Below are positions 19,294 through 28,655 of a DNA stretch of 64,000 bases, one piece after another (within the stretch, counting starts at the first letter, position 1; each line of letters starts with the position of its first letter). Position numbers and translations under genes: made by a program. The notes below the pieces were generated by a model. The model made no database searches and was not told the origin of the DNA. It worked only from the letters and a program-made list of their open reading frames with translations. The stretch covers positions 192,001-256,000 of the forward strand of contig CAWJIE010000005.1 of assembly GCA_963842885.1 (NCBI GenBank), given 5' to 3'. The DNA comes from an uncultured Nitrososphaerota archaeon. GTDB taxonomy: Archaea; Thermoproteota; Nitrososphaeria; Conexivisphaerales; DTJL01.

Positions 19294-20181
19294 TTGGATG
19301 AAGTATACGTCGCCGGCGGCCCCGCGTCTCTCCAGCTCGCTGACGAGACCGCGAAACTGCTCAGGGCGAAGCAGATCAAGGTGGACCACAAGCTCTTCCC
19401 GGACGGCGAGAACTACTTCAAACTGACCGGGGACGAAGTGGCACATAACGTGTTCGTGTTTCAATCCACCTACCCGCCTCAGGATCGCCACCTGGTGCAG
19501 CTCATGCTGATGTCCAACAAGTTGCTGGAAGACGGCGTAAGGGTCGTCGCGGTCGTCCCTTACCTGGCATACGCCAGGCAGCACAGGACCTTCCTTCTAG
19601 GCGAGGTAGTGTCGCTCAAGGCCGTAGCGAGGATGATGGCCTCGGCAGGCATCAAGAGGATTATCACCATAGACATCCACAACTTGGAGGGCTTGGGGTT
19701 CTTCGACATCCCCGCCCACAGCCTTTCTGCTGTTCCTCTCCTGGCAGACTATCTGAGTGCCAGCGAGTCGATGAACAAGCCGTTCGTGATGGCCCCCGAT
19801 GCAGGGGCTTCCGTCAGGGCGGAGGCCATGGCGACGAGGATGAGATGCGAGTTCGCAGCCCTGGAGAAGACCAGGGACAGGGTCACAGGAGAGACCTCCA
19901 TACGCATGCCGCAGGATGTCGATGTGGCCGGCAAGGACGTCGTGGTATTGGACGACATGATCTCCACCGGGGGGACCATCGCGAAGGCAGCTAAGCTTGT
20001 CAGGGAGAAGGGAGCCAAGGGGGTAATCGCGGCCTGCACTCACGCCCTGTTGGCCGAAGGGGCCATGGGGAAGATGAAGGAGGCTGGGATAAGGGAGCTG
20101 GTGGCTACGAACACGGTCCCTTCACCGTACAGCAAGGTTTCGGTCGCCCCGCTGATAGCCGATTTCATCAAACAGCTCTGA
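19294..20181 (+). CDS. prs: Ribose-phosphate pyrophosphokinase
   Basis: FPDGE, PYLAYARQ, APDAGA, VVLDDMISTGGT, TNTV. TTG start after a TTTAAA box. Confidence 0.95.
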   Translation: MDEVYVAGGPASLQLADETAKLLRAKQIKVDHKLFPDGENYFKLTGDEVAHNVFVFQSTYPPQDRHLVQLMLMSNKLLEDGVRVVAVVPYLAYARQHRTFLLGEVVSLKAVARMMASAGIKRIITIDIHNLEGLGFFDIPAHSLSAVPLLADYLSASESMNKPFVMAPDAGASVRAEAMATRMRCEFAALEKTRDRVTGETSIRMPQDVDVAGKDVVVLDDMISTGGTIAKAAKLVREKGAKGVIAACTHALLAEGAMGKMKEAGIRELVATNTVPSPYSKVSVAPLIADFIKQL

Positions 20182-20193
20182 CACCTCCGTGAA

Positions 20194-21333
20194 CTACCCA
20201 CGAATGAATTGGTGGGCTTCTTGCTTCACTGGAGCGAACTTGCTTATCCTCCTGCGTTGGACGAGTAGAGGCTGCTCCTCCGCACAGGCCTGTTCCAGAC
20301 CCGCCTTCAGGATGTTTCGTGCCGCATTCACATCCCTGTCCATGACCAGTCCGCATTTCGGGCAGCCATGGACTCTTTCCGATAGCTCCTTCAAAACCAC
20401 TTCTCCGCACCCAGAGCATTTCTGCGACGTTCCGCACGGGCCGACGAGGATTACCCGCCCACCACGCCTTTCTGCCTTGTAGACAGTGAACTGGCGTAGC
20501 TTACCCCATGCGGAGTCCATTATCGCCGATGCGAGGGAATGGTTCTTCACCATGTTCCCGATCCTGAGGTCTTCGAACACGATGACCTTGTTCTCCTTCG
20601 TTAGTTGGTCAGAGAGTTTGTGAGCGAAGTCATCCCTCTGCCTCCTCACCTTCCTCCATGCTTTCGCCAAAGATACTTTGGCTTTCTCCCGATTGTTGGA
20701 ACCACGCTCCTTACGAGAAAGCGTCCTCTGGAGCGATTTGATTCGTTCCGCCGAGCGTTTCAAGAAATGAGGAGCGCTTACGAGAGTTCCATCGCTGAGG
20801 GCGACGATGTTCGAGATTCTCATGTCTATGCCGACCTTATCATCTCCTGATTGCACTACGCTGGGAGCTTCCTCGGCTAGCAGGGCCACAAACCACTGGT
20901 CGATGTCCCTGATCACGGTGACCCGCTTTATCGCCCCAATAACATTGCGATGAAGTGTCACTCTTACCTTGCCGATTGCGCTGAGTCTGATTCTGTGGTC
21001 TTCGAGCCTGAAACCAGACTGGGGATAGGTGAACGAGTTGTAACGCCCGCTCCTCCTGAACTTCGGGTATCTGCTCAGCCCAGCGAAGAAAGCCTGATAC
21101 GCCTTGTCGAGCCTCAGGACGACGTCCTGCAGGACCTGAGAGTGGATTGATCTGAGGTGCTTGTCATTCTGCTTCAATTCCGCGAGTTTCCGCTTCTGCT
21201 CGTAGAAACCACTATGGTTCTCAATCCTGTCGGCGAGCATGGAGTTGTAGAGCCTCCTGCAAGTTTCAAGCGTCTCCTCCATGATTCTCGCCTGCGCCTC
21301 GGTCGGATAGATGCGGAACCTGTAGGTCATCAT
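20194..21333 (-). CDS. tnpB: RNA-guided endonuclease TnpB
   Basis: TYRFRIYPT N-terminus, RuvC GID / FEDL / DRDVNAARNI, Zn finger CSGC..CPKC. The ATG overlaps the tnpA stop. Confidence 0.95.
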   Translation of the reverse strand: MMTYRFRIYPTEAQARIMEETLETCRRLYNSMLADRIENHSGFYEQKRKLAELKQNDKHLRSIHSQVLQDVVLRLDKAYQAFFAGLSRYPKFRRSGRYNSFTYPQSGFRLEDHRIRLSAIGKVRVTLHRNVIGAIKRVTVIRDIDQWFVALLAEEAPSVVQSGDDKVGIDMRISNIVALSDGTLVSAPHFLKRSAERIKSLQRTLSRKERGSNNREKAKVSLAKAWRKVRRQRDDFAHKLSDQLTKENKVIVFEDLRIGNMVKNHSLASAIMDSAWGKLRQFTVYKAERRGGRVILVGPCGTSQKCSGCGEVVLKELSERVHGCPKCGLVMDRDVNAARNILKAGLEQACAEEQPLLVQRRRISKFAPVKQEAHQFIRG

Positions 21334-21728
21334 ATCCCTTTCTGCTCCTCCACATACCTCTTGATGGTCTCTGAAGAGACGTGCCCATGCGTCGAAACGA
21401 AGTAGCTCCTCGTCCAAAGGGTAGGGAGACGGGATTTGAGCTCTGGGAACTCCTCCCTGAGCACCCGGGAAGTGTAGCCCTTGATTGCCGCTATGATCCT
21501 GTTCGGTGCTATGGTGGGCGCAGACTGGACGAAGATGTGAACGTAGTCGGGCATGGTTTCGAGGGCGAGGATGGTGCATCCGAGTTCGGCGGCCTTCTCC
21601 TGAATCAACTGCTTGAGCCTCGATTCGACGTCACCAACTATAACCTTCCTCCGATACTTCGGGCACCAGACAAAGTGATAATTCATGAAATGAACAGATG
21701 TTTCGGAGGAAAGGTATCCCTTCGGCAT
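21330..21728 (-). CDS. tnpA: Y1 HUH transposase TnpA
   Basis: YHFVWCPKYRR, PDYVHIF (HUH region, first His appears as Tyr), LWTRSYF, IKRYVEEQ. Confidence 0.93.
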   Translation of the reverse strand: MPKGYLSSETSVHFMNYHFVWCPKYRRKVIVGDVESRLKQLIQEKAAELGCTILALETMPDYVHIFVQSAPTIAPNRIIAAIKGYTSRVLREEFPELKSRLPTLWTRSYFVSTHGHVSSETIKRYVEEQKGI

Positions 21729-21878
21729 TGTATTAGATGCATATGTTACATCTATATATAACTTTGTTGGGGACACAAATTCATCCCACCCATAAATGGT
21801 GTGGGGTTTCTTTGTTTCCCCAAACCCCTTCATTGGCTAAATACGGCCGCCTCCTCCGCCATTGACGGGAGGGCCTCC

Positions 21879-22868
21879 TTGATAGTGTACGGCGACCCCA
21901 GCGGCGGCAGGCTCGACGTTGCAGCGGCCGAACTGGAGGCGCTTATGGAAGCGTCCGGTCAACGTGCGACCGTCAGGGCTGAGGGGGGGCTTGTGACCTG
22001 TGAAGTGAAGGAGCTTCGGGCCGAAACGATCGCCAGGGCTGCGTACCTGCAGGACGTCGGAGAGCTCCTGTACCTTGCCTGCGACCTGCCCGATGACGCG
22101 AAGAGACTGGATTTCTCTCGGCTGGCGGGGAGGACCTTCAAGGTCGACGCCGAGGGGTTCAGCGGAGGGGGGAAGAGGTCCATCGACGAGGCCTACGGCG
22201 ATTGGGTCCTCAGGTCGGCCGAGGGCTCGTCCGTGAGGATGAAGGAGCCTGACGCGGTGGTCCGGGTCGTGAAGAAGGGGAAGATGTCGTTCGTCGGGCT
22301 TACGACCCCGCGGGGAAGAGGGAAGTGGGTAGAGAGGAGGCCCAGGGCGCGCGCGTTCTTTCACCCTTCCGCTCTGTTCCCCAAGCTGGCGAGGCTCATG
22401 GTGAACCTGTCGGCGGTCGGTCCCGGTGAAACCTTCCTCGATCCGTTCTCTGGGACAGGAAGCACGGTCATCGAGGCCTGCTTGGTCGGGGCGTACGGCC
22501 TCGGTTTGGACGTCGACAAAAGGATGGTCTTCGGCGGCCGGAGGAACCTGCGAGGGTTCGGCCTTGACCGGGAAAGTCAGGTGCTGCGAGGAGATGCAAG
22601 GTTCCTTCCGTTCAGGGAGGTCGACGCCATCGCGGGGGACGTCCCGTATGGGAGGGCGAGCTCGACGAAAGGCGCGGCCTCGAGAGACCTCCTTGAAGCC
22701 CTCCTGGTGCGAGGGAGACGGTGTCTCCGGCATGGCGGGAGGCTAGTGGTGATGCACCAGAAGAGCGCGCCGCTGGGCGAGCCAAAAGGATTTGAAGTAC
22801 TAGGGGAATACGAGTTCTACGTGCACCGAAGCCTAACCAGGGTGATATCGGTGCTGAGGAAGTCCTGA
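21879..22868 (+). CDS. THUMP + methyltransferase, tRNA m2G10 methyltransferase Trm11/TrmG10-like
   Basis: RAFFHPSALFPKLARLMVNL, LDPFSGTGS, GDVPYGR, VHRSLTRVI. Confidence 0.85.
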   Translation: MIVYGDPSGGRLDVAAAELEALMEASGQRATVRAEGGLVTCEVKELRAETIARAAYLQDVGELLYLACDLPDDAKRLDFSRLAGRTFKVDAEGFSGGGKRSIDEAYGDWVLRSAEGSSVRMKEPDAVVRVVKKGKMSFVGLTTPRGRGKWVERRPRARAFFHPSALFPKLARLMVNLSAVGPGETFLDPFSGTGSTVIEACLVGAYGLGLDVDKRMVFGGRRNLRGFGLDRESQVLRGDARFLPFREVDAIAGDVPYGRASSTKGAASRDLLEALLVRGRRCLRHGGRLVVMHQKSAPLGEPKGFEVLGEYEFYVHRSLTRVISVLRKS

Positions 22869-22872
22869 GGGC

Positions 22873-23784
22873 ATGTTCAGGGTGACGCTGCTGGGGACTG
22901 CGGCCGCGGCCCCGACTAGAGAGAGGGGGCTCCCAGCCGTGGCAGTGGAGAGAGAGGGGAAGCTCATGCTTTTCGATTGCGGCGAAGGGACGCAGCGGCA
23001 GATGATCATGGCCAAGCCTTCGATCTCAAATCCCAAATGCGTATTCATCACCCATCTCCACGGCGACCACATGCTGGGGCTGCTGGGCCTCATCCAGAGC
23101 CTAGCCCTTCAGAACAGGGAGGAGCCGCTCCAAGTGTTCGGTCCTCGCGGACTGGACGAGATCATCAGGTTCAACCTTTCCGCCCTTCACGTCTATGTTC
23201 CATACAAGATCTCCTTCCATCGTGTCTCGCCCGGCGTCGTGCTGAAGGAGAGGGAGTTCAAGGTGAAGGCACACAGGACTCATCACACTGATGACAGCTT
23301 CGCGTACCGCCTCGACGAATCGACTAGACCCGGAAGATTCTTCCCCGAGAAGGCGCGGGCCTTGGGCGTTCCGAAGGGCCCTCTCTGGAAGAGGCTCCAG
23401 GATGGCAGGACCGTCAAGCTGAACGGGCGAATCATACGGCCTGGCCAGGTGTCAGGCCCCAGGAGGAAGGGGAGGAGCTTCGGTTATTCAGGGGATGCCA
23501 GGCCCACGAAGGACCTGGTGAGTTTCTTCCGAAAAGTCGACCTCCTGGTCTTCGATGGGACCTACAGCGAGGAGTTCGCCGACAAGGCGAAGGAGTACCT
23601 ACATTCGACGGTGGGCGAGGCCGCGCAGCTCGCATCAGGGGCGAACGTGGGAAGCCTCGTCATCACCCACATCAGCGCGCGCGTCAACGATGCTACGCTG
23701 TTGCTGAGGCAGGCTTCGAAGCGCTTCCGGAACGTTTCAATAGGCGAAGATTTCAGCAGCTACGATTTAGCGCTTCCTGAATGA
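22873..23784 (+). CDS. rnz: Ribonuclease Z
   Basis: FDCGEGTQ, THLHGDH, GVPKGP exosite, YSGD, HST, THIS. Confidence 0.95.
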   Translation: MFRVTLLGTAAAAPTRERGLPAVAVEREGKLMLFDCGEGTQRQMIMAKPSISNPKCVFITHLHGDHMLGLLGLIQSLALQNREEPLQVFGPRGLDEIIRFNLSALHVYVPYKISFHRVSPGVVLKEREFKVKAHRTHHTDDSFAYRLDESTRPGRFFPEKARALGVPKGPLWKRLQDGRTVKLNGRIIRPGQVSGPRRKGRSFGYSGDARPTKDLVSFFRKVDLLVFDGTYSEEFADKAKEYLHSTVGEAAQLASGANVGSLVITHISARVNDATLLLRQASKRFRNVSIGEDFSSYDLALPE

Positions 23785-24222
23785 ATATCTGGGACGCCGC
23801 AGGTCGGGCGCTATCCAGTCGATCAAATGCCCCACTTCCGGCGTCTCCACATGGACGGTGATCGGACCCAAGGGGGACTCCGCTTCGTTTTCGCAGAAAA
23901 CGACGATTCCTCCTGCGGCCACCTGTTTGTTCAGCATGAAGCTCGTGGAACCTTCCTCTTGGCGCTGCCTCAGAAGTCGTCTAAGGACGCTGATCGTCAT
24001 CCTCGACCTCGCCTGCTCGTAGACTTTGGCGAGCGCCTGATCCCCCGCGTACTCGGCTACGACGAATCCGGCCGAGGACGAGAGGCCCGTCCTGGAGGCG
24101 GACCCGAAGAGCAAGTCCACGGCTGCCAAGACCTTCGCCGGATCTTCGGAGAGGTTGACCGGTGCCCTGACCGTGACCGTCAGCCCGAAGGCGAAGCGGT
24201 TCCTCAGGCGTTCCCCTGCCAT
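23767..24222 (-). CDS. DUF54/UPF0201 RNA-binding protein
   Basis: SEDPAKV, LNKQVA, SPLGPI, IDWIAP. Confidence 0.85.
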   Translation of the reverse strand: MAGERLRNRFAFGLTVTVRAPVNLSEDPAKVLAAVDLLFGSASRTGLSSSAGFVVAEYAGDQALAKVYEQARSRMTISVLRRLLRQRQEEGSTSFMLNKQVAAGGIVVFCENEAESPLGPITVHVETPEVGHLIDWIAPDLRRPRYSFRKR

Positions 24223-24767
24223 TCCGCGACAACCCCTCTGACTCTATCGTCGAGCATCTTGATAGAATTGCTCTCATTTTCGATGATCCGGTCGGCGAGT
24301 GCGATGACCTTGCCTAGCCCAAGGTCCAGCTCCCTCTGATCCCTGGCTTCGAAGTCGGCAAACGAAATGGGATCGTCGTGGCGTCCTCGCGAACTGAGTA
24401 GCTCGTAGCGACGCAACGGGGAGGCGTGGATGCCCAGCACCTTGACCGTGCCCACGCCCCTGAAAGTGTTCACCTCGTCCAGAGACCGTGCGCCGTCTAT
24501 CACGACCTTCCGAAGGCCCTTCAATCGTATCTCTTCCACGCATAGCTTCGCTATGGCCGCGGGCCCTCCTTCGGCCCTTAGAGTGAGCATCATCTGCATC
24601 TGCCCCTCTTTATCCAGACCCAACCCTCTCTTCTGGGCCTCACGCCTGACGACGTCGCCCATGCTCACGATCGTGAAGCCGGAACTCACCAAGGCTTTCG
24701 TGGCGGTGGTCTTCCCAGCTCCGGGCATGCCCGTCACGCAAACTATGAAGGCGTCTCCGCCGTTCAA
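24204..24767 (-). CDS. Archaeal dephospho-CoA kinase-like P-loop kinase (UPF0200)
   Basis: TGMPGAGKT, SMGDVVR, IDGARS, RGRHDD, RDQRELDLG. Confidence 0.85.
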   Translation of the reverse strand: MNGGDAFIVCVTGMPGAGKTTATKALVSSGFTIVSMGDVVRREAQKRGLGLDKEGQMQMMLTLRAEGGPAAIAKLCVEEIRLKGLRKVVIDGARSLDEVNTFRGVGTVKVLGIHASPLRRYELLSSRGRHDDPISFADFEARDQRELDLGLGKVIALADRIIENESNSIKMLDDRVRGVVAEWQGNA

Positions 24768-24888
24768 AGGCCGTTTCTCCGGATACAGGGTCTTATCGGC
24801 TTGGTATTAAGGAGGTCGGGGAAGTGAAAGCGTTTCGCGCGTCTTCATCAGAACATACATATCTACCTCGACAAGCCATGGAGAACCC

Positions 24889-25440
24889 GTGAGCTTGCGG
24901 ACGTTCGTGGCTCTGGAGCTGAAGGACCAGGCGCTCAAGCGGAAGATAGCGGAGCTCCAGAGGCTCCTCCTCGCCACCGGAGCGCAGCTGAAGGCTGTGG
25001 AGACGGATAATCTCCACATCACGCTGAAGTTCATCGGGGACCTCCCTGAGGCTTCCGTTGAGCCTGTGGTCGAATCTCTGAGGAAGATCAGGATGCCTTC
25101 ATTCTCCGCTCACTTCAATGGCCTCGGCGTATTTCCATCGAATTCGAGGATCAATGTGGTCTGGCTGGGCGTCGCTGAAGGCGGGGAAACGATGAGGGCC
25201 CTCAGTTCGCTCGTGAACGAGAAGCTCGCCTCCTACGGCAGGCCAGAGGATTTCCGTGCCCACCTGACCATCATGCGCGTCAAGGGGGGGCGCAACGTCG
25301 CGGAGCTGTCCGAGTCCGTCCGGAAGCTAGGCGAGGAGGAGGGTGGGAATGTCGAGTTCAGAGAGTTCCAGTTGAAGAAGAGCGTCCTCACTCCTGTGGG
25401 TCCGCTCTACAGCGACTTGGCCGTCTTCCCCCTAGGGTGA
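24889..25440 (+). CDS. thpR: RNA 2',3'-cyclic phosphodiesterase (2H family)
   Basis: Two HxT motifs (LHITLKF, AHLTIMR) and SVLTPVGPLY. Confidence 0.93.
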   Translation: MSLRTFVALELKDQALKRKIAELQRLLLATGAQLKAVETDNLHITLKFIGDLPEASVEPVVESLRKIRMPSFSAHFNGLGVFPSNSRINVVWLGVAEGGETMRALSSLVNEKLASYGRPEDFRAHLTIMRVKGGRNVAELSESVRKLGEEEGGNVEFREFQLKKSVLTPVGPLYSDLAVFPLG

Positions 25441-26807
25441 GCCCGATGGACCTCGAGGGAGTCATCGCCAAGGCGAAGAAGGTATCGACGCCGAGCGTGA
25501 AGCGGCGAAGGGTCGTTGCAATGGCTGTGGAGAAGGTCGTCCAGCTCCTCGAGAAAGCCTCGAAGGAGGCCACGATGTCGCCGAGAATAGAGATAGGAGG
25601 TTCCTACGCCCACGACACATGGCTGGAGACCGAGACGGACGTGGACTTCTTCCTCGTGTACCCGAAGGAAGTGGGTCGGGCGCAGTTCGAGGAGCTGGGG
25701 CTCTCCCTCGCGGAGGCCGCCCTGCGAGGGCGTTCGCCGAGGAGGAGGTATGCCGAGCACCCGTATGTCGAAGCTGAGGTGGACTCCGTGACCGTCAACG
25801 TCGTCCCGTGCTACGGGGTGGCGAAGGGAGAGTGGAAGAGCGCCGCGGACCGCTCACCCTACCATACGAAGTACATGGAGGCCCGCCTGAACGGACGTCT
25901 GCGGTCCGAGGTCAGGGTGCTGAAGAGATTCCTCAAAGCGCAGGCGCTCTACGGCGCCGAGATCCGCGTGCGAGGCTTCAGCGGCTACGCCTGCGAAGTG
26001 CTCATCCTGAAGTACGGGTCATTTGTCGAGCTCCTACGATCGGCAGCTTCCTGGGGGAAGGGCGTCGTAATCAGCGTGGAGGGAGGCGAAGAGAACGCCA
26101 AGGCGCTGTTCGAAGGGGGAGCATTCATCCTCTTGGACCCGGTCGACACAACAAGGAACCTCGGGCTTGCCGTCTCACCGACCAAGCTGGCAGAGTTCGT
26201 TCATCTGTCCAGGCTGTTCCTGAAGAAGCCCAGCCTCGAATTCTTTGGCGCGAGGCAGCTGCGGCCTCTGAGCGCCCCCCTGGGACACATCAGGAGCCAC
26301 ACGCTGATGTTGAGGTTCGCCTTCAGGGACCGAAGCGAAGACATACTGTGGGGCGAGCTATGGAAAAGCGCCAACGGCATTGCCGAACACCTGGCCAGAG
26401 ACGGGGTTCGCGTCTTGAGGTACACCGTAGCCGCAGAAAGGGGGCGGGCGTCAATGGCCTTCCTTCTTTCGGTCGAAGTGCTGCCGAGGACGCTCGAAAG
26501 GATTGGTCCCGAGGTCTTCATGAAGGACGCAACTGACAGGTTCCTGGCCGCTTCGACCGGCCGGGCCGACTCATGGTGGCTGGGCGACGACATGAGGAGC
26601 CACGCCGTCTTCGAGAACGACATCTCCAGGCCTGCCGACCTCCTGCTGAAGTACATGGAGGATCCCGTGACCAGGGTCGGGTTCGCGAAAGGCCTGGCGG
26701 TCGAGGCTAAGAAGACACATGAAGTACTCATCGGCGGAGGGGCATACTCCAGCAGGCGAACCGTCGACAGGATGGTGTTGTCGGATCTTGCCGGCTTCCG
26801 GTTCTAG
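25437..26807 (+). CDS. cca: CCA tRNA nucleotidyltransferase (class I)
   Basis: GGSYAHDTWL..DVDFF, YAEHPY, SAADRSPYHT, GFSGYACE, DPVDTTRNL. Confidence 0.95.
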   Translation: MSPMDLEGVIAKAKKVSTPSVKRRRVVAMAVEKVVQLLEKASKEATMSPRIEIGGSYAHDTWLETETDVDFFLVYPKEVGRAQFEELGLSLAEAALRGRSPRRRYAEHPYVEAEVDSVTVNVVPCYGVAKGEWKSAADRSPYHTKYMEARLNGRLRSEVRVLKRFLKAQALYGAEIRVRGFSGYACEVLILKYGSFVELLRSAASWGKGVVISVEGGEENAKALFEGGAFILLDPVDTTRNLGLAVSPTKLAEFVHLSRLFLKKPSLEFFGARQLRPLSAPLGHIRSHTLMLRFAFRDRSEDILWGELWKSANGIAEHLARDGVRVLRYTVAAERGRASMAFLLSVEVLPRTLERIGPEVFMKDATDRFLAASTGRADSWWLGDDMRSHAVFENDISRPADLLLKYMEDPVTRVGFAKGLAVEAKKTHEVLIGGGAYSSRRTVDRMVLSDLAGFRF

Positions 26808-27558
26808 GAAGGTGGACGTCGAGGGGCTCGGCGTTTCTCCCTTCTTGAGCGTGCTTTGCTATCCTTCGGGCTCGCAGGCGGAAGCTCTGCGGCGCATCAT
26901 CTCCCTCAAAGAGATGGGAGTGGAGGCTCTGGTCTTCGCCGGCAGGACAGAGGTTGGTGGCCTCAAAGTGCTCGGCAAGGGACATGTCGGAGTGGTGGTC
27001 GCTTGCCTCTGGAGGGGGAGGAGGGCAGCCCTGAAGATCAGGCGGACGGACGCGGACAGGGAGAGCCTGGAAGGTGAGGGAGAGGTCCTCAAGGAAGCGA
27101 ACAGGTCGAACCTGGGGCCTCTTCTGTTCGCCGCGTCACGAGATTTCATCGTGATGGAGGAGCTGGCGGGCACCAACCTAGTCGACTGGTTGCAGGGGTC
27201 TAACGACCTCGCCGACGGCGTCTTCAGGAGAGTCCTCATCGACATCTGCGGCCAGGCCCGCCTCCTTGACGTCGCTGGCGTAGACCATAAGGAGCTCTCG
27301 GACCCGCGCCGCCATGTTATTGTCCAGCCGGACGGACGGGCACGGGTCCTGGATTTCGAGACGGCGTCCACAGGAGGGAAGCGAAGAAACGTCAACGACC
27401 TTCTGCAGTACCTTACCATCTCGATGCCTTTCGGCCCGAAGGTGCTCGCTCGGCTGGGGGCGGAACGCGGCAGAGTGCTCGATGCCCTCAGGGCCTACAG
27501 CAGGTCGCCAGACGAAGAGTCTTACAACAGGGTACTCGAAGCCATGCGGCTTGGATAG
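26788..27558 (+). CDS. Ser/Thr protein kinase-like (COG2112)
   Basis: LGKGHVGVV, ALKIRR, HKELS, LDFETAS. The start is approximate. Confidence 0.85.
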   Translation: MPASGSRKVDVEGLGVSPFLSVLCYPSGSQAEALRRIISLKEMGVEALVFAGRTEVGGLKVLGKGHVGVVVACLWRGRRAALKIRRTDADRESLEGEGEVLKEANRSNLGPLLFAASRDFIVMEELAGTNLVDWLQGSNDLADGVFRRVLIDICGQARLLDVAGVDHKELSDPRRHVIVQPDGRARVLDFETASTGGKRRNVNDLLQYLTISMPFGPKVLARLGAERGRVLDALRAYSRSPDEESYNRVLEAMRLG

Positions 27559-27598
27559 GATCAGGGTTTGAAGCAGACGCTTTCCGCCGGTCCTGGCA

Positions 27599-28191
27599 TC
27601 ACAGCAACCGCATGTAGAGACTGAGTTCGAGGAACGTGAGAGTCACAGCCAGCACGGCACCTGCAACCACCTGGGGGAGAGTGTGGGCCTTCAGGGTCAT
27701 CCGAGCCCATCCCACCGGAATCAACAGAAGAAGGAATAGGTAGCCGACGGGACCGAAGACGACTCCGAAGGCAGGTGCGGGGCCCGCGACGCCGGTAGCG
27801 TGTATGCTGATCTTCCAAACGAGCGTGATGACAGTCATTACGATTGTGTTCACTAGGTAGCATAGCATTAGCGCTGATATGAGGGAGGCGCGTCCAAGAT
27901 CAAGAGCAGGCCGAAGCCGACTGCATAGCTTCCGACGGCGGCCAGGAAAGGAACGACGCGGCTCCTCCTGTCGGAGGCGTAAAGGTCAGGTATCATTTTC
28001 TTTTTTGCGAGGATGAAGAGGATAGCGATCGGAACCAGCGCGGCGAAGAAGACGGCGACGCCAAGCACTGAAAGGCCCGCTTCCCGGCCTTCGGCACCCA
28101 CCAAGATTACGAATGTGTAGGCGGCCACCAGGGGGGCGTTCAGGGAGGCGGAGATTACCTTCGCCAGACTCAACCACCTGGATGCCGGCAT
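27599..28191 (-). CDS. PAP2-like membrane protein, frameshift near 27870
   Basis: The C-part has WKISIHATG and ARMTLKAHTLPQV. The N-part has TM helices with DRRSRVVPF. Confidence 0.75.
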
Positions 28192-28365
28192 GTTGTGAGC
28201 CGCCGGCATTACGGAATAAGAGCTTTTCCAACATGAGTCGTTTGCGAATTGCCGTAGCAGACCGTCGGAGCGCATCCAACGTCCTGGGAGCGGCCCAGTT
28301 GAAGGGCGGAAGGCGACCTGCCAATATGTATATAGAACAGAGCTTCGAGCCTTTCGAGTGAGTGT

Positions 28366-28507
28366 GGGGCCGTCGTCCAGAGCCGAACCAGTGCTTCCGC
28401 ATTGTTCGGTGGATAGCTTGGACTAGGATGTCTAGCCTGATCGTGCGGCTGCAGCCGTGCGAGGCCAAGGGCGCTAGAGATCGCCGGTTCAAATCCGGCC
28501 GGCCCCA
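28366..28507 (+). tRNA. tRNA-Pro(GGG) with two BHB introns (15/16 at 28381-28416; 34/35 at 28440-28468)
   Basis: Acceptor GGGGCCG/CGGCCCC+A, D stem GTCC/GGAT, anticodon stem CTAGC/GCTAG, T arm GCCGG-TTCAAAT-CCGGC. A TATA-like TATATA lies upstream. Confidence 0.88.
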
Positions 28508-28655
28508 TATCATTCCATCCGGCCAAGAGAGATATTGTTGAAGACGCGCGCTCGGAATAGATGTCATGTCTGTACTAATTGTATGGGATTCGCTGTCCCT
28601 GGACGCGTCTGGCAGTTCGGAGCATCAATGCCGTTGACCGCCGATGTCCCCACCT

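Larger units (their letters stand above)
20189..21830 (-). mobile_element. IS200/IS605-family element (tnpA + tnpB) with subterminal hairpins
   Basis: The right end has the hairpin CCCAC..GTGGG (20197-20216) and ends TTCAC on the minus strand. The left end has a long hairpin at 21767-21823. GC is lower than in the flanks. The left boundary is approximate. Confidence 0.92.
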
